Positions 12,958 through 28,708 are shown, numbered from the stretch's first letter. The stretch: 64,000 nucleotides of DNA from Halocafeteria seosinensis (GCA_001687465.1 LVLI01000263.1:1-64000), one strand, 5' to 3'. Numbers and translations are program-made. Notes: generated by a model from the sequence alone, not told the origin.

Positions 12958-14640
12958 ATGCCTCAGCCAAATTACTCGTTCAGCAACTCAACGCGGGCCA
13001 CAGCACGTGCTGAAGCCCGAGCTGCGCAGTCAACAAAGTCGTCCTCAGTGGCGGTTAGCCAGGATCCTACATTGGAAAGAACCTTCCAAGGTCACAGCGG
13101 GGACATAACAGGATTGGCATGGAACAATACAGAGGACCAGCTTGCCTCAGGGAGCGTCGATAATAGCGTTATCGTCTGGAATTTCCAACCGCGGCTTCGA
13201 GCGTTCCGATATGAAGGCCATACTGTAAGTTCAGGTTTGAATGTACATGACTTTTTCAGACATATTGCATATTAGCATTTGCAAGGGTTCAGGCGGCTGT
13301 GACGGACGTGCAATATACGCCTGATGGATCATTGTTAGCGTCAAGTTCTAAAGATAGGACTGTGCGGCTGTGGAAGCCTACAGTGTAAGCCCTATGTTGT
13401 CTTAAGTTCGTGCCTTCTCCCAATCCTCTATTTTGGTTTTTATTGTGACGATTGCACAGCCGTGGACAATCAGAGTCTATGAAAGGCCATGCAGGTACTG
13501 TGCGCAGCGTGGACTTCTCTTGGAATGGATCCCACCTTTTGACAGCCTCTGACGACAAAACAGTGAAGATGTGGGCTGTTCCCTCAAAGAGGTTTCAGTG
13601 CACGTTCACTGGTCATATCAACTGGGTACGGTCAGCAAAGTTTAGTTCTGATGGCATTCGCGTTGTATCGGGAGGAGATGACAAGTACGAACCTCAATTA
13701 AGAATTTGTACATTCAGGTTGGGATGCAGTGTGTTGTTTTTTCTGCAGAACGGTAAAACTTTGGGATGTGGAGAGCAGAGTTTGCTTACACTCTTTCTAC
13801 GATCACACGGATAACGTAAATTCCGTTGGTTTTCACCCAGACGGAACTTGCGTTGCTGCAGGTTCCGACGACGCTTCAGTGAAGTTATGGGACGCCAGAG
13901 CCGGTTCTAGACAGCTCCTCCAGCACTACCCCGCCCATTCCGGAGCAGTTACTTCCGTGTCATGGCATCCTTCAGGGAAATATATTCTCTCGACAGGCAA
14001 TGACGGATCATTGAGGGTGTGGGACTTGCGAGCGGGACATTTACTCTATACTCTCCATGGACACGCTGGGGCTGTGCTTAGCAGTGCCTGGTCTCCGCAA
14101 GGTGACTGGTTCGCCTCTGGAGGAACAGACCAGATTGCATTGATTTGGAAGACGAATTTCGATAAAGCATCTTCGTCTTCACGGAAGCCAGGCTCTTCCG
14201 CCACATTGCGGACGGAATCAAAGCCGGAGGATGACTCCCTAGAATTGTCCGATGCTCGACAGAGCGCCCGTAGTGAAGCGAGGAGAGAACCTAGACATGC
14301 CCCTCCTCCTGCCTCTGCTCCTGCGCCGGAGCCTCCTTTAGATGCTTCTTACCACCATGACGGTCACCACGATGATGGTCGTTATGAGGCGCCCCCGCAA
14401 CACGGTCATGGACGACAAGATGTGTACGAGGAAATGAGCTCTCAGGACTCACGCCTACATGCAACCTTGACTCACATTGTCAAACAGATTGACTCTTTAG
14501 CCCGAAGCGTGTCGCTACTAGATCAACGTTTAAGTGACACTGAGCGCAAAGTAGATCGTCTTGATCGAGCGCAGCATGGTCAGCCATCTCAAGAACGTCA
14601 CCCTACGGAAGACTCAGCTACCGACCAAGAACGAGAGTGA
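12958..14640 (+). CDS. POC1: centriolar WD40 protein POC1, 4 exons
   Basis: [11 protein letters not shown] followed by 7 WD40 repeats ([12 protein letters not shown]) and the C-terminal POC1 coil [22 protein letters not shown]. Confidence 0.9.
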
Positions 14641-14899
14641 TACCATAGCTGCTCTCCAGTAATGTAAATGACAGCGAATGGATAGAACTGCGTTAAAGCT
14701 ATTTCGTTTCCTATTGGTAATCGCACCAACAGTCGCAATACACGCACCATAATAATAGTAACATTTCTATCGGTCTGTGGTATCGGAGTAGAGTTACCAC
14801 TCAGTGCTTCGCAGCTGATTTGAATTGATAGCACTCTTTCACAGCTGCGTATAGAGAATAAGGACGCTTCCTCCTATTAATATTGGACCACAAGAAATA

Positions 14900-15354
14900 A
14901 TGCAGGACAACGGGGAGGGTGATAGGAAGAGTTCTGCTCAGTTGGAAGAGCAAAGAAAACAGGAAATACGCGCGACTGCCGCTCGAGAATTAATGGCTCA
15001 GAAGAAGGACTTGCAGGAGCGTATTAGTGCTCTCCAGTTTTCATATTACAAGGTTTGTGCCTCCGAGTGAGACGGGCTTTTTGTATATGATGCACATTCG
15101 GTCTCATGCAGTGGTTTGTAATAGGTACCGTTTCTTCGGTCCCATTAACACTGATGATGAAGCTTAAAGGTCCCAAAAAATGGTTACCATTCGTCACATT
15201 TGCGTCTATTGGATCAATTGCCGATTACGCTACAGCGTGGAGGGATTCATGGCCACTTCGCAAGCAACTTTACGATATCGACGCGGAACTTGATAGTCGA
15301 AAGCAACATCTCCAGGATAAAAAGATGGTGAAAGGAAGTAAAGAAGACAGGTAG
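14900..15354 (+). CDS. small hypothetical protein with coiled coils and two hydrophobic segments, 2 exons
   Basis: ATG 14900 MQDNGEG...FSYYK, intron ~15053-15111, in-frame WFVIGTV...KEDR*. Confidence 0.65.
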
Positions 15355-15438
15355 CTGCATGTCCTATGTCTACATGTGTATTATATCATAGCTTCTTAAG
15401 ACTGTGATTAACTCGGAAAACATACAAAAGCACAGTCT

Positions 15439-18040
<2,602 letters not shown>

Positions 18041-18276
18041 TTTCGCGATGTTCTGGCAACTCGCTCTCTATCGATTCCAAAGCAAAAGTCTTCTATACGA
18101 AGTCTTCGCGCTAACACTGACAGTCTTGACGAGCAAGGCTATATGAGTCCGTCGAAAACGCTATAGTGACAATTGGGTAAGCCTCCAGATGATACACTCG
18201 GTCGTCAACTTAAGTTTATCAACATACCCCGTAAATACCTAAATGACTGGAGCATGAGTATGCTGTTCGACAATCG

Positions 18277-18289
18277 TTCTTGAACTTTC
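18277..18289. promoter_or_regulatory. heat-shock element (TTCnnGAAnnTTC) upstream of mtHsp70
   Basis: TTC-TT-GAA-CT-TTC is a perfect three-unit HSE about 240 bp before the Hsp70 ATG. A partial second element, TTCTTGAA, lies at 18306-18313. Confidence 0.55.
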
Positions 18290-18778
18290 CGCAATAGGTG
18301 TTCGATTCTTGAAGTTGCTACCGGGTTGTCATCGACTTGTTAAATGTACACGGCACAACTTGCCGCACAAGTGTTCTGAGAAGCAGGAAGTTGTTTGATG
18401 TACTATTCATTCGTGGATTCTTTTCGAATCATACAATTGTAGTGCTGCCCTTCGACTGGAACGTGATTCACGAATTCCCTCAATTCCCTCGCGGACGGAA
18501 CAAATTGGCAATGGCAGGCAGACCAAAACCCAGCCATAAACTATTGTGCCTTAAAATATCGAAGCAACCGATGTTACATCATTAAAATGGAGCTTTGCGA
18601 TAAGAATTGAAGAGTGGATTTGCCGCTGCGTTTCACGCTTGTGAACCATCTGTGAAGTTTGCCAGCTACTACCAGGATTGGCAGTGGTTGAAAAGGGATT
18701 GCAGCACACTCTGTTCTATGTCAACACCGCTGCCTTCTTCGATACGATAAAGGCAACTAGAATATTCGCTAGATAAAA

Positions 18779-19795
18779 ATGAACGTACTACTACAACGTA
18801 TATCTCCGCACAGGCTTGCTCCTCCTGTGAGACGCTTTTGCTCCACTAGCGCGGCTGATTCTAAGCTTGTACTCGTGAATCGAGAAAATGGCATTGTTCG
18901 GATCACACTGAATGCCCCAGATAAGTTAAACCCTCTCACTGTCGACATGGGAACACAGTTCAGAGAGGAGATCAACAAACTTCAAGAGAATCCGGAAGGT
19001 ATCCGAGCGGTGATCTTGACAGGCGCTGGTAGGTGGTATGAAGATACAATGCTTCGAAAAGGCAATTTTATGCTAGTTTGAACTCACCCCAGGCAAGGCG
19101 TTTTCTGCCGGAGGGGATCTCCAATTCTTGGATGATAGGTAAGCTTTAGAAGAGTCCTTGCTGGAGCTGGATCAGGGGACGTATATATCTCATTTTCCAG
19201 GATGAGGGACTCACCCTCCCGGAATGCACAGATCATGCGCAACTTTTATGAGCGATTCCTTTGTATACGAAAGCTCCCTTTTCCTACTATCGCTGCTATT
19301 AATGGTGCCGCTGTAGGAGCTGGGCTCTGTCTCTCGCTGGCTTGTGATCTTCGCGTGTGCTACTCTGACGCAAAGCTCGGAGTAACCTTCAGTCAGTTGG
19401 GGATCCATCCTGGCATGGGTTCCACGCATTTCTTGCCTAAGCTGATCGGCCAGCAACAAGCTAATAAACTACTTCTGACGGGAGAGCTAATCAGTGGACA
19501 AGAGGCGCATGACATTGGGCTTGTTCTTGAAAGTGTCGACAGAGATGAAGTACTGCCACGGGCTGAAGCGCTTGCGAAGGGAATCGGTTCGGCCTCTCCA
19601 GTCGCGGTGCGCAGTTGCGTCCGAACTCTCCGCTTAGATATGGATACTAACCTCGATAAAGCCCTTTGGAGGGAGGCTGATGCGCAAAGTTACTGCTACG
19701 CTAGCAAGGACTTGGAGGAAGGTCTTAATGCTATCAAGTCCAAGAGAAAACCAAGTTTCACGGAAGCAGAAGGATACTCAGAATCTTTGGAGTAA
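18779..19795 (+). CDS. mitochondrial enoyl-CoA hydratase/isomerase (crotonase family), 3 exons
   Basis: Presequence, ITLNAPDKLN, ILTGAG|KAFSAGGDL, PTIAAINGAAVGAG, LGIHPGMG. Confidence 0.92.
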
Positions 19796-19860
19796 CGTAG
19801 ATAAAGCTGTATAAAAACGTTGCATTGTTATCAAAGTAAAAAACTACACAAAAGTCAAAT

Positions 19861-21716
19861 CTACTTGTGTCCAATGGCACCGGAACTGCCCAACGAAATA
19901 TCATTAACAGCTCGACGAAGCTTGGGCTGAAATTTCTGGTACACGTTGAAAAAGTTAAGGGAGTCCCCTTTCACTTTTCGTACCTCGATTAGATAGGTGT
20001 TACTACCCATGAGCATCACTTCAATGACGAATTTGATTTCACCCAAAGCAGGAAGTTCGTCAACCTCGGAGGTTGCAATGCCACCTTCATTCATGAAAAC
20101 GGAGCCTTCAATTTTGAAGTCGCGGCTCTTAACTTGTACCTTGTGTTCTTCCAAGACTCCAGTAACTCGTTCAACAATCTCAGCCGGTTCAAGGTTGGTG
20201 ATGAAATGTAGCCTCTGGCGTCTTCGCGCTGTCTCCTTATCCGAAGCTTCCAGCATTCGGTTCAGTGCGAGACCGCCGAACAGGTTCACAACTTCAAATG
20301 CATTGAGCTGCGGCGGTCCGTCCCCTTTCTCACTTTGCTGGCCCTCTTCACTGAATCCCTCTTGAACGGCGTTCTCGACGTCGTGTTGCGAAGGCACATG
20401 CCTCACGGGCGAAGAAGACTCATAACTGGGCTTTTCATCAAGTTCCATGGGTTCATCATCCCCCTTGAACCAGGGGTCGTACATAATGTCTTCAACTCTG
20501 ATACGCTTTTCTGGCTCGGGAACCAAAATTTTGTCGAGAAGGTTGCGCACGGGCTGTGAAAACCAACTTGGGTAAGAGAACTCAGCTTTCTGAATTTTAC
20601 GGAACAACGCAGACATATGCGGTTCATCGAAAGGGAGAAAACCGGCGAGTAAGACGTATAGGATAACTCCACAACTCCACACATCAGCTGCACGTCCGTC
20701 GTACCCCTTGTCGTTAAGCACCTCCGGTGCAACATAATTTGGGGTACCGCAAGTTGTGTGTAACAATGTAGACCGAGACGATTCATCTCCTCCTCCTGGT
20801 GTATACAACGCAGATAACCCGAAGTCGGAAATCTTCAAGTTCCCAGATTCATCAAGAAGAAGATTCTCGGGTTTTAAGTCCCGGTGGCAGACCCCTTGCC
20901 GGTGGCAATAGTTAACCCCACGAATCAACTCACGGAAATAGAACCTAGCCACACGCTCATTGAATTTGCCTTCGGATACAATCTTATCGAAGAGCTCTCC
21001 ACCCGTGATAAGCTCCAACACAATAAATATCTGTATAACAAGACGACGGACGCGAACGTTGGAGGAACACTCGATTAAAGCATAGGTCGTGATGCAGCAC
21101 CTACCTTGCTTTTGCTGGCGAGGACTTCGTATAATTTCACTACATGGTCATGCTTAACAACTTTCATAATTGATATCTGTACTATAAAGCGTCACAGCAG
21201 TCCTAAAAAGATATACCAGCGAAGACACCGAAACAACGAGCCTTACCTCCTTCTTGATTTGCGAACTCATGTTCTGTTTCTGGATTTTTTCCTTGTCGAG
21301 TATCTTGATGGCGACGCGCTCTCCTGTTTCCACATTGACAGCATATTTTACCCTGTAAATGGGAAAAAAAATAATATTTGAAAGTTATCCAGTGTGCGGA
21401 GTGTGAAAGATCTGGATATCCGTTGCTCATACTACGGCACTCGGGTCGCCCCTCTAAATCAAGCAAATGCCTTTTCAACAGCAATTCTCTAAAACAAAAA
21501 CAATTTAGTTAAAAAGGCACGAACGAGTTACATTCACGCTGCTGCTCGAACTTATGCGGCGAGCGCTTCGAACCGCCTACCCATTGAGGGCGCCTTTTTC
21601 GCCTCCGCGGGTCGGTAGAGGTTGAGGGTACACAATCCATGGAAACGCACTTACTTGCCAAAGGTTCCTTCGCCAAGGGTTTTGCCGATTTCATATTTGC
21701 CGACTTTCTTCACCAT
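19861..21716 (-). CDS. CIPK: CBL-interacting Ser/Thr kinase (CIPK/SOS2-like, SnRK3) with NAF domain, 4 exons
   Basis: [55 protein letters not shown] motif [10 protein letters not shown] and KA1-like C-terminus. Confidence 0.92.
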
Positions 21717-22493
21717 CGTAGCTGGCTTTCCCCCGGTAGGTATGGATAAACACACAAAGGAAAAGGGGAGAGAAAACTGCTGAGGATTTTGTGCTTCAAG
21801 TATTCAACACGTTGCGCCTTCGTTAACACAAACGCTGCAAGCAGATGTATGACTTGTATGAGTGCACGCTAACGGTACAAGAGCACTCAGTTTGAGCGCA
21901 GATACAAGTGAACAACAACAAAAGCCGACTGCAGAGGGCAGGACGTCGGCGAAACTTGTGTTGGTGTCTTTGGAGGACGATGAAAACAAGCTACTCTACG
22001 AGTAAAAACGTGAGTCTGCTGATAGCTATTGTCCAAACAGTATCTTGTAAACGAGAGACTGTCAATTCATCAATCACCCCAATATGAGAGCCCATTGTGT
22101 CAAGCAAATGGTTGATACGTTCAACTTCTTTCCTGAGCGGGAAACTCGCCGTTTAGACAAAAAGGCTCCGGGAAAAAGTGAGAGGGGAACCCAAAGGGGG
22201 AAAAAAAGGGCGCGGAACAAGCACACCGTGAATCTGGCTCAAGTTGAAGTATCTTTCCATCCGGGCTGGCCCGGACAGTATTTGGGCCGGGACTGCACAA
22301 AGAGATGAAAGGAACATGGGAGAATCCCAAAGGACTCGTCTGGCAATTCAAGGGCCTTGTTCGCATCCGACTGATTGGGTGAAAGAGAGATCACTAGCTG
22401 CATGGAAGCCCCATTCGCTGGTTGAATATACATCGGAATAGCTCCAAAGATTGTGGTGTGCAAGAGTGACTTGCTGCACGCATCTACACAAAA

Positions 22494-25400
22494 ATGGCTT
22501 CCAGTGGCTCACCCATACCGGGGAGTTCTCCCCCGCCTCCAGCAGTACCCTCACTTAGTCGTTCCACAGACGCGCAACAGGCCCGTGATGCTACTAGTCA
22601 GCCCCAGGATGATAACAGGACGGCCGGAACCGTGATTCCGCCGAGCAAACGGAGGATGCGCTTACAGTTTGCAGAAGGCGATGAAACCAGGAAGAACAAC
22701 TTTGTCGTGGAATTAGGAATGCAGATGCTAGGGAATTTTACCGAAAGGATGCTTAGCGCGGGAAATGAAGACAATGGTGGACAGGCAACTTTGCGGTGCA
22801 TTGACAAGATGATGAGTGGGAGAGAACCTCAGGAATTCTTCGGCGACTGGAGCCCTCCTAGAAGCCTTCCTTTGCAGCCTATTCCTTCTGATGAGATAAC
22901 GTTGAGTGCGTCTAGCACTGATCCAAATGGCACCGTAGACAAAATGCTGGCCGGACCGGGCTGCAAAGCATGGATCTCTGATAAGGCTGCGGGGCAAGGA
23001 TCGCATATCCAAGCGGTTTTCCCCGAATGTCCTGTCGGAGGAATTTCCTTTGCATTTCCGAGCAAGAACCGGGGCGCCAGTGAGGTAGAAGTATTGTTGA
23101 GGCAAGGGGACGTTTGGACACCGTTGGGTCTTCTAGAAGGAGAAAAAATCCCGTCGGGGAAAAAGGATATTTCTCCCTGTACAATAACTCTGCCTTTCGT
23201 CAGGTGTTCGGGCATCAAAATGGCGTTTACCGGATTCACCAGTGAAAACAGTGACAAGCAACACGGTGTTACAGAGCTCTCCATATTCCGAGCCCACCCT
23301 CGTTCCGTTGCACCCTCGTCATCGGTCATACTCAGTGTTTACGAAGAAATTTTGGAAAAGGTGGCCTCAATGGCAGTGGATGAAGATGTTCTTAAGGTGG
23401 TCCAGAAATGCGCAAGCACCACAGCTTCGTTAAGTTCTCAGTTAACGCTTGCCAAGGTACGCACAGCTTGTATTACAGTCCATTGATAGGATTTGAACCC
23501 TGTATGTATGTATGTATGGTTGCAGCTTCTACTTCGCCGGGGTAGCATCCTTTCCGAAGGTACAGCTGTTGTGCTACACGAATTCACCAAGATACTGCAG
23601 ATACAGTCTAGAGCTCAATGTTTTGGTTTGTTTGAAGAGAAGACACCTGGTATCTCAAAAACGGCCAAGAATGCAAAGCTCGAAGCCTGTGGGAGTGTCA
23701 ACATTACAGGGGATGGGACAGTCGCGTCAAGTAGGGGGAGCGGAACAGTGGCCGTACTGGATTACGGTATATCCGAAGGGAAGCTTATTTGGGAAATGCG
23801 ACTAGATCAAGATGATGAAGAGTCTCAATGTAGTTGCTTTGGCGTCGCTACAAAACCAATTACCAATTGCAACTATGAGTCCTCACCTCAGTTGTGGATG
23901 TGGCGAGCTTATAAGTATGTAAACGGTCTTAGTATCATTGATATCTGATGGAGAGATGATTGTCCATTGTTTGTTAACGCAGTGGCTATCTTTATGGAAA
24001 AGGTAGGACCTTAAGCCGACAAGTTTCCCGTATCAAAGTGCGCGATACGGTCAAGTTTGAATTAGACATGGATGCCGGGACCTTGCAAGGGTGGGTCAAT
24101 GACACAGATCAGGGTATTTTATTTGAAAGACTAAACGAAGAAGGAGAGATCTATCCAGCTGTTCAGTTTTATTCTTCTGGACGCCAAGTATCGCTTGTAT
24201 CGGTTCAGGTGCCGAGCAGCGGCTCCCATATCGGTACGAGCACCCCTAAATCTACGACCTTTGCTGAAGAGGAGTTGCAGGTTAGAGATCATATCAAAGA
24301 TCTTCCTGGTATTCCAGAAGACGCTTTTCCCAAAGACAAACGAAACTACTTTGTGTACATACCTTTTTCGGAAGGGCACACATCTCAAGAAGTAACGTGG
24401 GACTTACCAGGCAGTGATGAGTACAAGTCATTCTCTGTCAGTTGCGGTGTACAGTTTCCCACTTCAGACAGCGGCAAGCAGCATGCGGACGCTGGATTGG
24501 ACGATATTTCCCGCAAAATGTGCAGCCTCTTCGGTGGGGAAGACGCTGGCAGTTCACGATATACTTGTAAACTCAAGTTTGAGGTTCTCATCGATGACAC
24601 TGTGGTTTGGAGCAGTCATCCTTTCCCAGTGCCAGAGCAAAGCAGTGAGATTCCTGAACTTTTGAGAACAGACACGTACAACACGTTGCCAGAAGATTGT
24701 GTGCACTCTCTCCGGCCCAAAGCCCAATCGATAACTCTGCGTGTAGGAAGCTCTGCTCCTTTACCGTATTCAATACATCCTGTATGGATAACTCCGCAAC
24801 TCCTTACGTCTGTAATTGAGGGTTCGGAGGTGAAGAAATGCCCCCTGCTGCTGTCTTCTTTAAACAAATGGGTCAATCCATCAGATACCTCAACTGTGCT
24901 AGAGCATTTGAAAGAAACGTCAGATGGATGTGCTGATTTTTTGCAAGATCCCCCAACAAAGGGTCATATCGAGAGTACTATTCGTAGTCTCTTAAGAAAT
25001 CCTCAATTTTATGCCTTTAAAATCCTCAAAGTGCTGAAAGTTTCTTCCGACTCTATTTTGGAGTCGAGGCGTTCCCCGATGAAAGCCGGCCTGTTGGGGA
25101 CTGAGGGACACGATCTCGAGATGCCTTTCATTCTGCAGTCTACCGGCAGAGGCTTTTCTACTATGCTATCCATACTAGCTGCTTTGGTTGATAATTTGTG
25201 CCAACACAGGGATGACAAAGCCGCTTCTTTGATTGCGGAAAGTATTGGGCATGTTTCTCTTATAATGCGCGCAAACTTGCGCCATCTAAAATGCACTGGT
25301 ATTCCGCCAAGAATGGCCGAAATTGAGCCCGCAAACGATAATGTTGCAGCTGTTGTTAATAGAGATTTTGAGTCGAAAAGCGACTCATTTGAAGTGAAGC

Positions 25401-26293
25401 ACTGTTGGGTGGACGTCGTCTCGACCATTGAGAGACTGCAAGAGTACGTGTCTAAGCTAATGTCGCTTACCTCAGGCTCTGCTCAGTCGGATCCCGCCTT
25501 GCTGGAGAGCGCCATAGCTCCCTGCTATGACTTGATTGATGATTGGCGCGAGATATCGGGGGAAACGTTAGAGCAGAAATTAAGTACTCAATTCTCTACA
25601 ATCCCTTGCGATCCAGTTACAGTCGGCTTTGAGTTCAAATGGCCAGGTGTTTCTGCCGAACGGTCCGATGATTCTCGGGTAGATCGTATTGTCTTGCTCA
25701 TACAGGGACTTTGTAGTCGCAAGGGATGGCGTCATAGTGTGCATGTTACATGGCCTGGTACCATTTTTCTTCTCCTTGAGGTCCCAAACGATGATTCCTC
25801 GTCGCCAACAGCATCACTGAACTCCCCCGCTTTCGAGTCGCTTTTCAGTTTTCTTACTTCTTCTGTCAGTTGGGTATTTAAGGAAGCGAACTGTAGAGCT
25901 TGGAGCTTTCCGTCGGGATGCCCTGATCCGGAAGTAAACGTAAAACGAGAGAGAGTGCTTATTCCACGGTCAAAGAAAGGCGATAATTCAAGTAAAATCG
26001 GAAGCGTGCTAGGGGCAGGTACCGTGCATATCTACACGTCTGAAATTGCTACTTTCCAAGAGATTCAAGATTACGTTCGCCAATTGGTGGACACGGAAAG
26101 AGTCGGTAGTACAACTTCTGTTAGTTCTCGTTCTACCACTGATACTTCCAGAGAGGGATTGAAAGCAGAACACGAAGCGAAGAACGGATCGAATGAGTCT
26201 GTGGATCCTGTGAGCACAACGACTGCAGGTGAACCCGATGAAGACATTGGGTTCTTCACAGATTCAAGTTGCGATGACGATGAAATCATTTAA
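22494..26293 (+). CDS. ~1220-aa protein with galactose-binding/DOC-like, SPRY and NPCBM-like domains, 3 exons
   Basis: Introns at 23457-23525 and 23915-23982 join three ORFs. SPRY motifs GKLIWEMRL, WRAYNGYLY, FELDMDAGTL, IYPAVQFY; NPCBM-like LKFEVLIDDTVVWSS. Confidence 0.75.
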
Positions 26294-26336
26294 GCAATAC
26301 TACTAATTCTTGTCGACTCTGTGTATATTTCCTGAC

Positions 26337-27424
26337 CTAGCTTTTCCACCGGTTACCGCATTCGTTGCAGTGGACGAAGTTTGTCATCGGTTCATCTGCA
26401 GAACGCGTCTGTCTCTGAGTATACTCAGTATCTTTACTACCGCACTTGAAACATCGAAATTGACCTTCTTTTTCCGTCAATCCTGCACTATCAAGAATTT
26501 GTTTTTTGTTCTTTTTCTCCCAGTCCAGCTGGTTTTCTTTACGCGCTTCCTTTTGATGCTTCTCCATTTGCTCTCTAAATTCTTTGCCCGCTAACTCTTC
26601 CTTGGACATTTTCACTACCTCTTTGCATGGGCGTTGTTTCGTCAAAATTTCCAACGCCAATGGAATGTTCTGTCCCAAATTGAAATTTATCGACTTTATC
26701 TGCTCGCCGTAAGCTCTGGCGGACTCTGCATCCTCGCCCGTTCCTCCATACTCTTCGTGGATGGCATTCTCGAGGACTTTCCCTACGGCCTTAGCCATGT
26801 CAGTAATTTGGGTTTCGGAATAGTGCGTGTATGCATGCTCTTTCCCAATTGACTGTAACTTGTTAATGAGGAACTTCTGACTACTCGCCCTACGCCGGGG
26901 CAACGCTTCTTCCTCCTCGTCCTCCTCGTGCTTCGACTCAGTTTTGACTTGCGGTTGGGGTTTCTTGTGTCCCGTTTGCTTCTCCACCTTGACAGTTATG
27001 TTGGGGGATTTCTGGGCGGTGGCATTAGCATTTGCCTTTTCTGACCATTCCTTTACCAGCTTCTTGGCAGCACTTGCAATGCTTGCGTTAGAGTGCCGCC
27101 GCAGGGGATAGACAGTCTTTCCAATTTGCGTTTGCTGAAGACACACACAACACGGAAAACGAGAACTAGTGTAGATAGTCGCGTTGATGGAAAAAGACAA
27201 AAAGGCTTACTTTGACCGTCTGAGGGTCTATATCCTCCTTGGAGAGCGCCTTCAAGATATCCCCAATTCCCTTCTCATCCTGCATTCGTCCCCACATACG
27301 TTGCTTGCACATAAGAGAGACCACAGAGCACATTGAGAGACAGAAGTATGCATACATCATCTTTGATACGAGTGTCCAAGTCTCGCTTGATCCCGGCGAT
27401 ATTGCTGCGCTTTTGAGTGCTCAT
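26337..27424 (-). CDS. TCEA1: transcription elongation factor TFIIS, 3 exons
   Basis: N-terminal LW domain (TQIGKTV...AKKLVKEW), central domain and zinc ribbon CFKC...QTRSADEPMT...CNECGNRW. Confidence 0.95.
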
Positions 27425-27677
27425 TGCATGCCACCTTCTCTCGTCCCTTCCTCCCAAATATACAAGCCGAACCAAACTACTGGGTATACTAAAATAGAGG
27501 ATAGTGTGCAACACTATACATACGGTATGGTGTGCTATGGTGGTGGTGGGGTGTCAACAATCCATGATACCAGGTTTTGTCGTCGTTGTAGACTATACAT
27601 ACCATCCCCATGGGTCCCGGTTCATACCTTATTCAAGGCAGCGTATTGTTATTGTTATATGGTAAAAGCAACAGTGG

Positions 27678-28682
27678 ATGCAAATGATCATGATATCATC
27701 AGGATTCAACAGAGGAATCGCTCTTCATCACTCTTGTTGGAGTGCAGTGGCATTCTCCACCAAAGCTGCATCTCCAGGCACATTGTTTATGGCAGCTATG
27801 CCGATTGGGAACTACGATGATATCACGATTAGAGCCTTCAGAGAACTAACACGGGCGAAACTCATAGCTGCGGAGGATACACGCGTGATTCGAAAGCTGC
27901 TTCGTCACCATTTGAGAGGCGTCAACTTAGAAAAACGAATGCCGCATATCATTCGATTAGATGAGTACACGGTATTCAAGCAGACTCCCAAAATCGTTTC
28001 TACAGTGCTGAACGGGGACAACGTTGTCTATGTAAGCGACGCTGGTAAGTGGACGCCCTTGACAACACGTTGTCTCGCACCTACCTACTACAGAGGGAAA
28101 TTCTCCATTTCTGATACTGGGAGCAGGCACACCAGGAATCAACGATCCAGGGCAAAGACTCGTCGATTTGGCAGTTTCTTCTGGAGTGCGCGTATCTAGT
28201 CTCCCTGGACCCTCGGCAGCATCTGCTTTAGCGTCCATTTCGGGCTTTATAGACGTTGGCCACAATGGCTATGTCCACACGGGGTTCGTTCCACGACGAG
28301 GAAAACAACGTACCCAATGGATGGAGGCAACTGCTACAAACTCACGTTCAGTGATTGCATTCGAATCCCCCCATAGGATTCAGGTATGTACCAGTGCAAC
28401 TCAAAGTTGGACATCACACTCGATGCTAGAATTGTTTCCTCGGTGCAGGGTACATTGGAGGAGCTTGATCGTACCATCGCAGAACCAGCCGATAGAAAAG
28501 GAACTGCGAACACAACAAATGCGCCACTTAGAAAGATTGTTCTTGCGAAGAATCTCACAAAATCAGACGAGGACATCTTTCGTGGAAGTATCTTAGAGGC
28601 AGCCAGTTGGGTTGCTAACAAAGCGGCTGTGGGCGAATATGCCATAATAGTTGCGCCGTGCCTCCTTCGGCAGACCCGTTGA
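27678..28682 (+). CDS. rsmI: RsmI-like rRNA 2'-O-methyltransferase (tetrapyrrole methylase fold), probably organelle-targeted, 3 exons
   Basis: GTLFMAAMPIGNYDDIT, IAAEDTR, VSDAG|TPGINDPG, PGPSA, FESPHR, NLTK. N-terminal extension precedes the domain. Confidence 0.88.
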
Positions 28683-28708
28683 GCAGCCATATAATGCTCG
28701 TTTGAGGC

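Noticed and set aside
21560..21592. GGTTCGAA (tRNA T-loop/B-box-like) on the minus strand in CIPK intron 1
   Set aside because: No T-stem, acceptor stem or cloverleaf can be built around it.
22168..22212. Purine-rich G-tracts (possible G-quadruplex) in the CIPK/SPRY-gene promoter
   Set aside because: Loops are long and there is no supporting evidence; it is a low-complexity tract.
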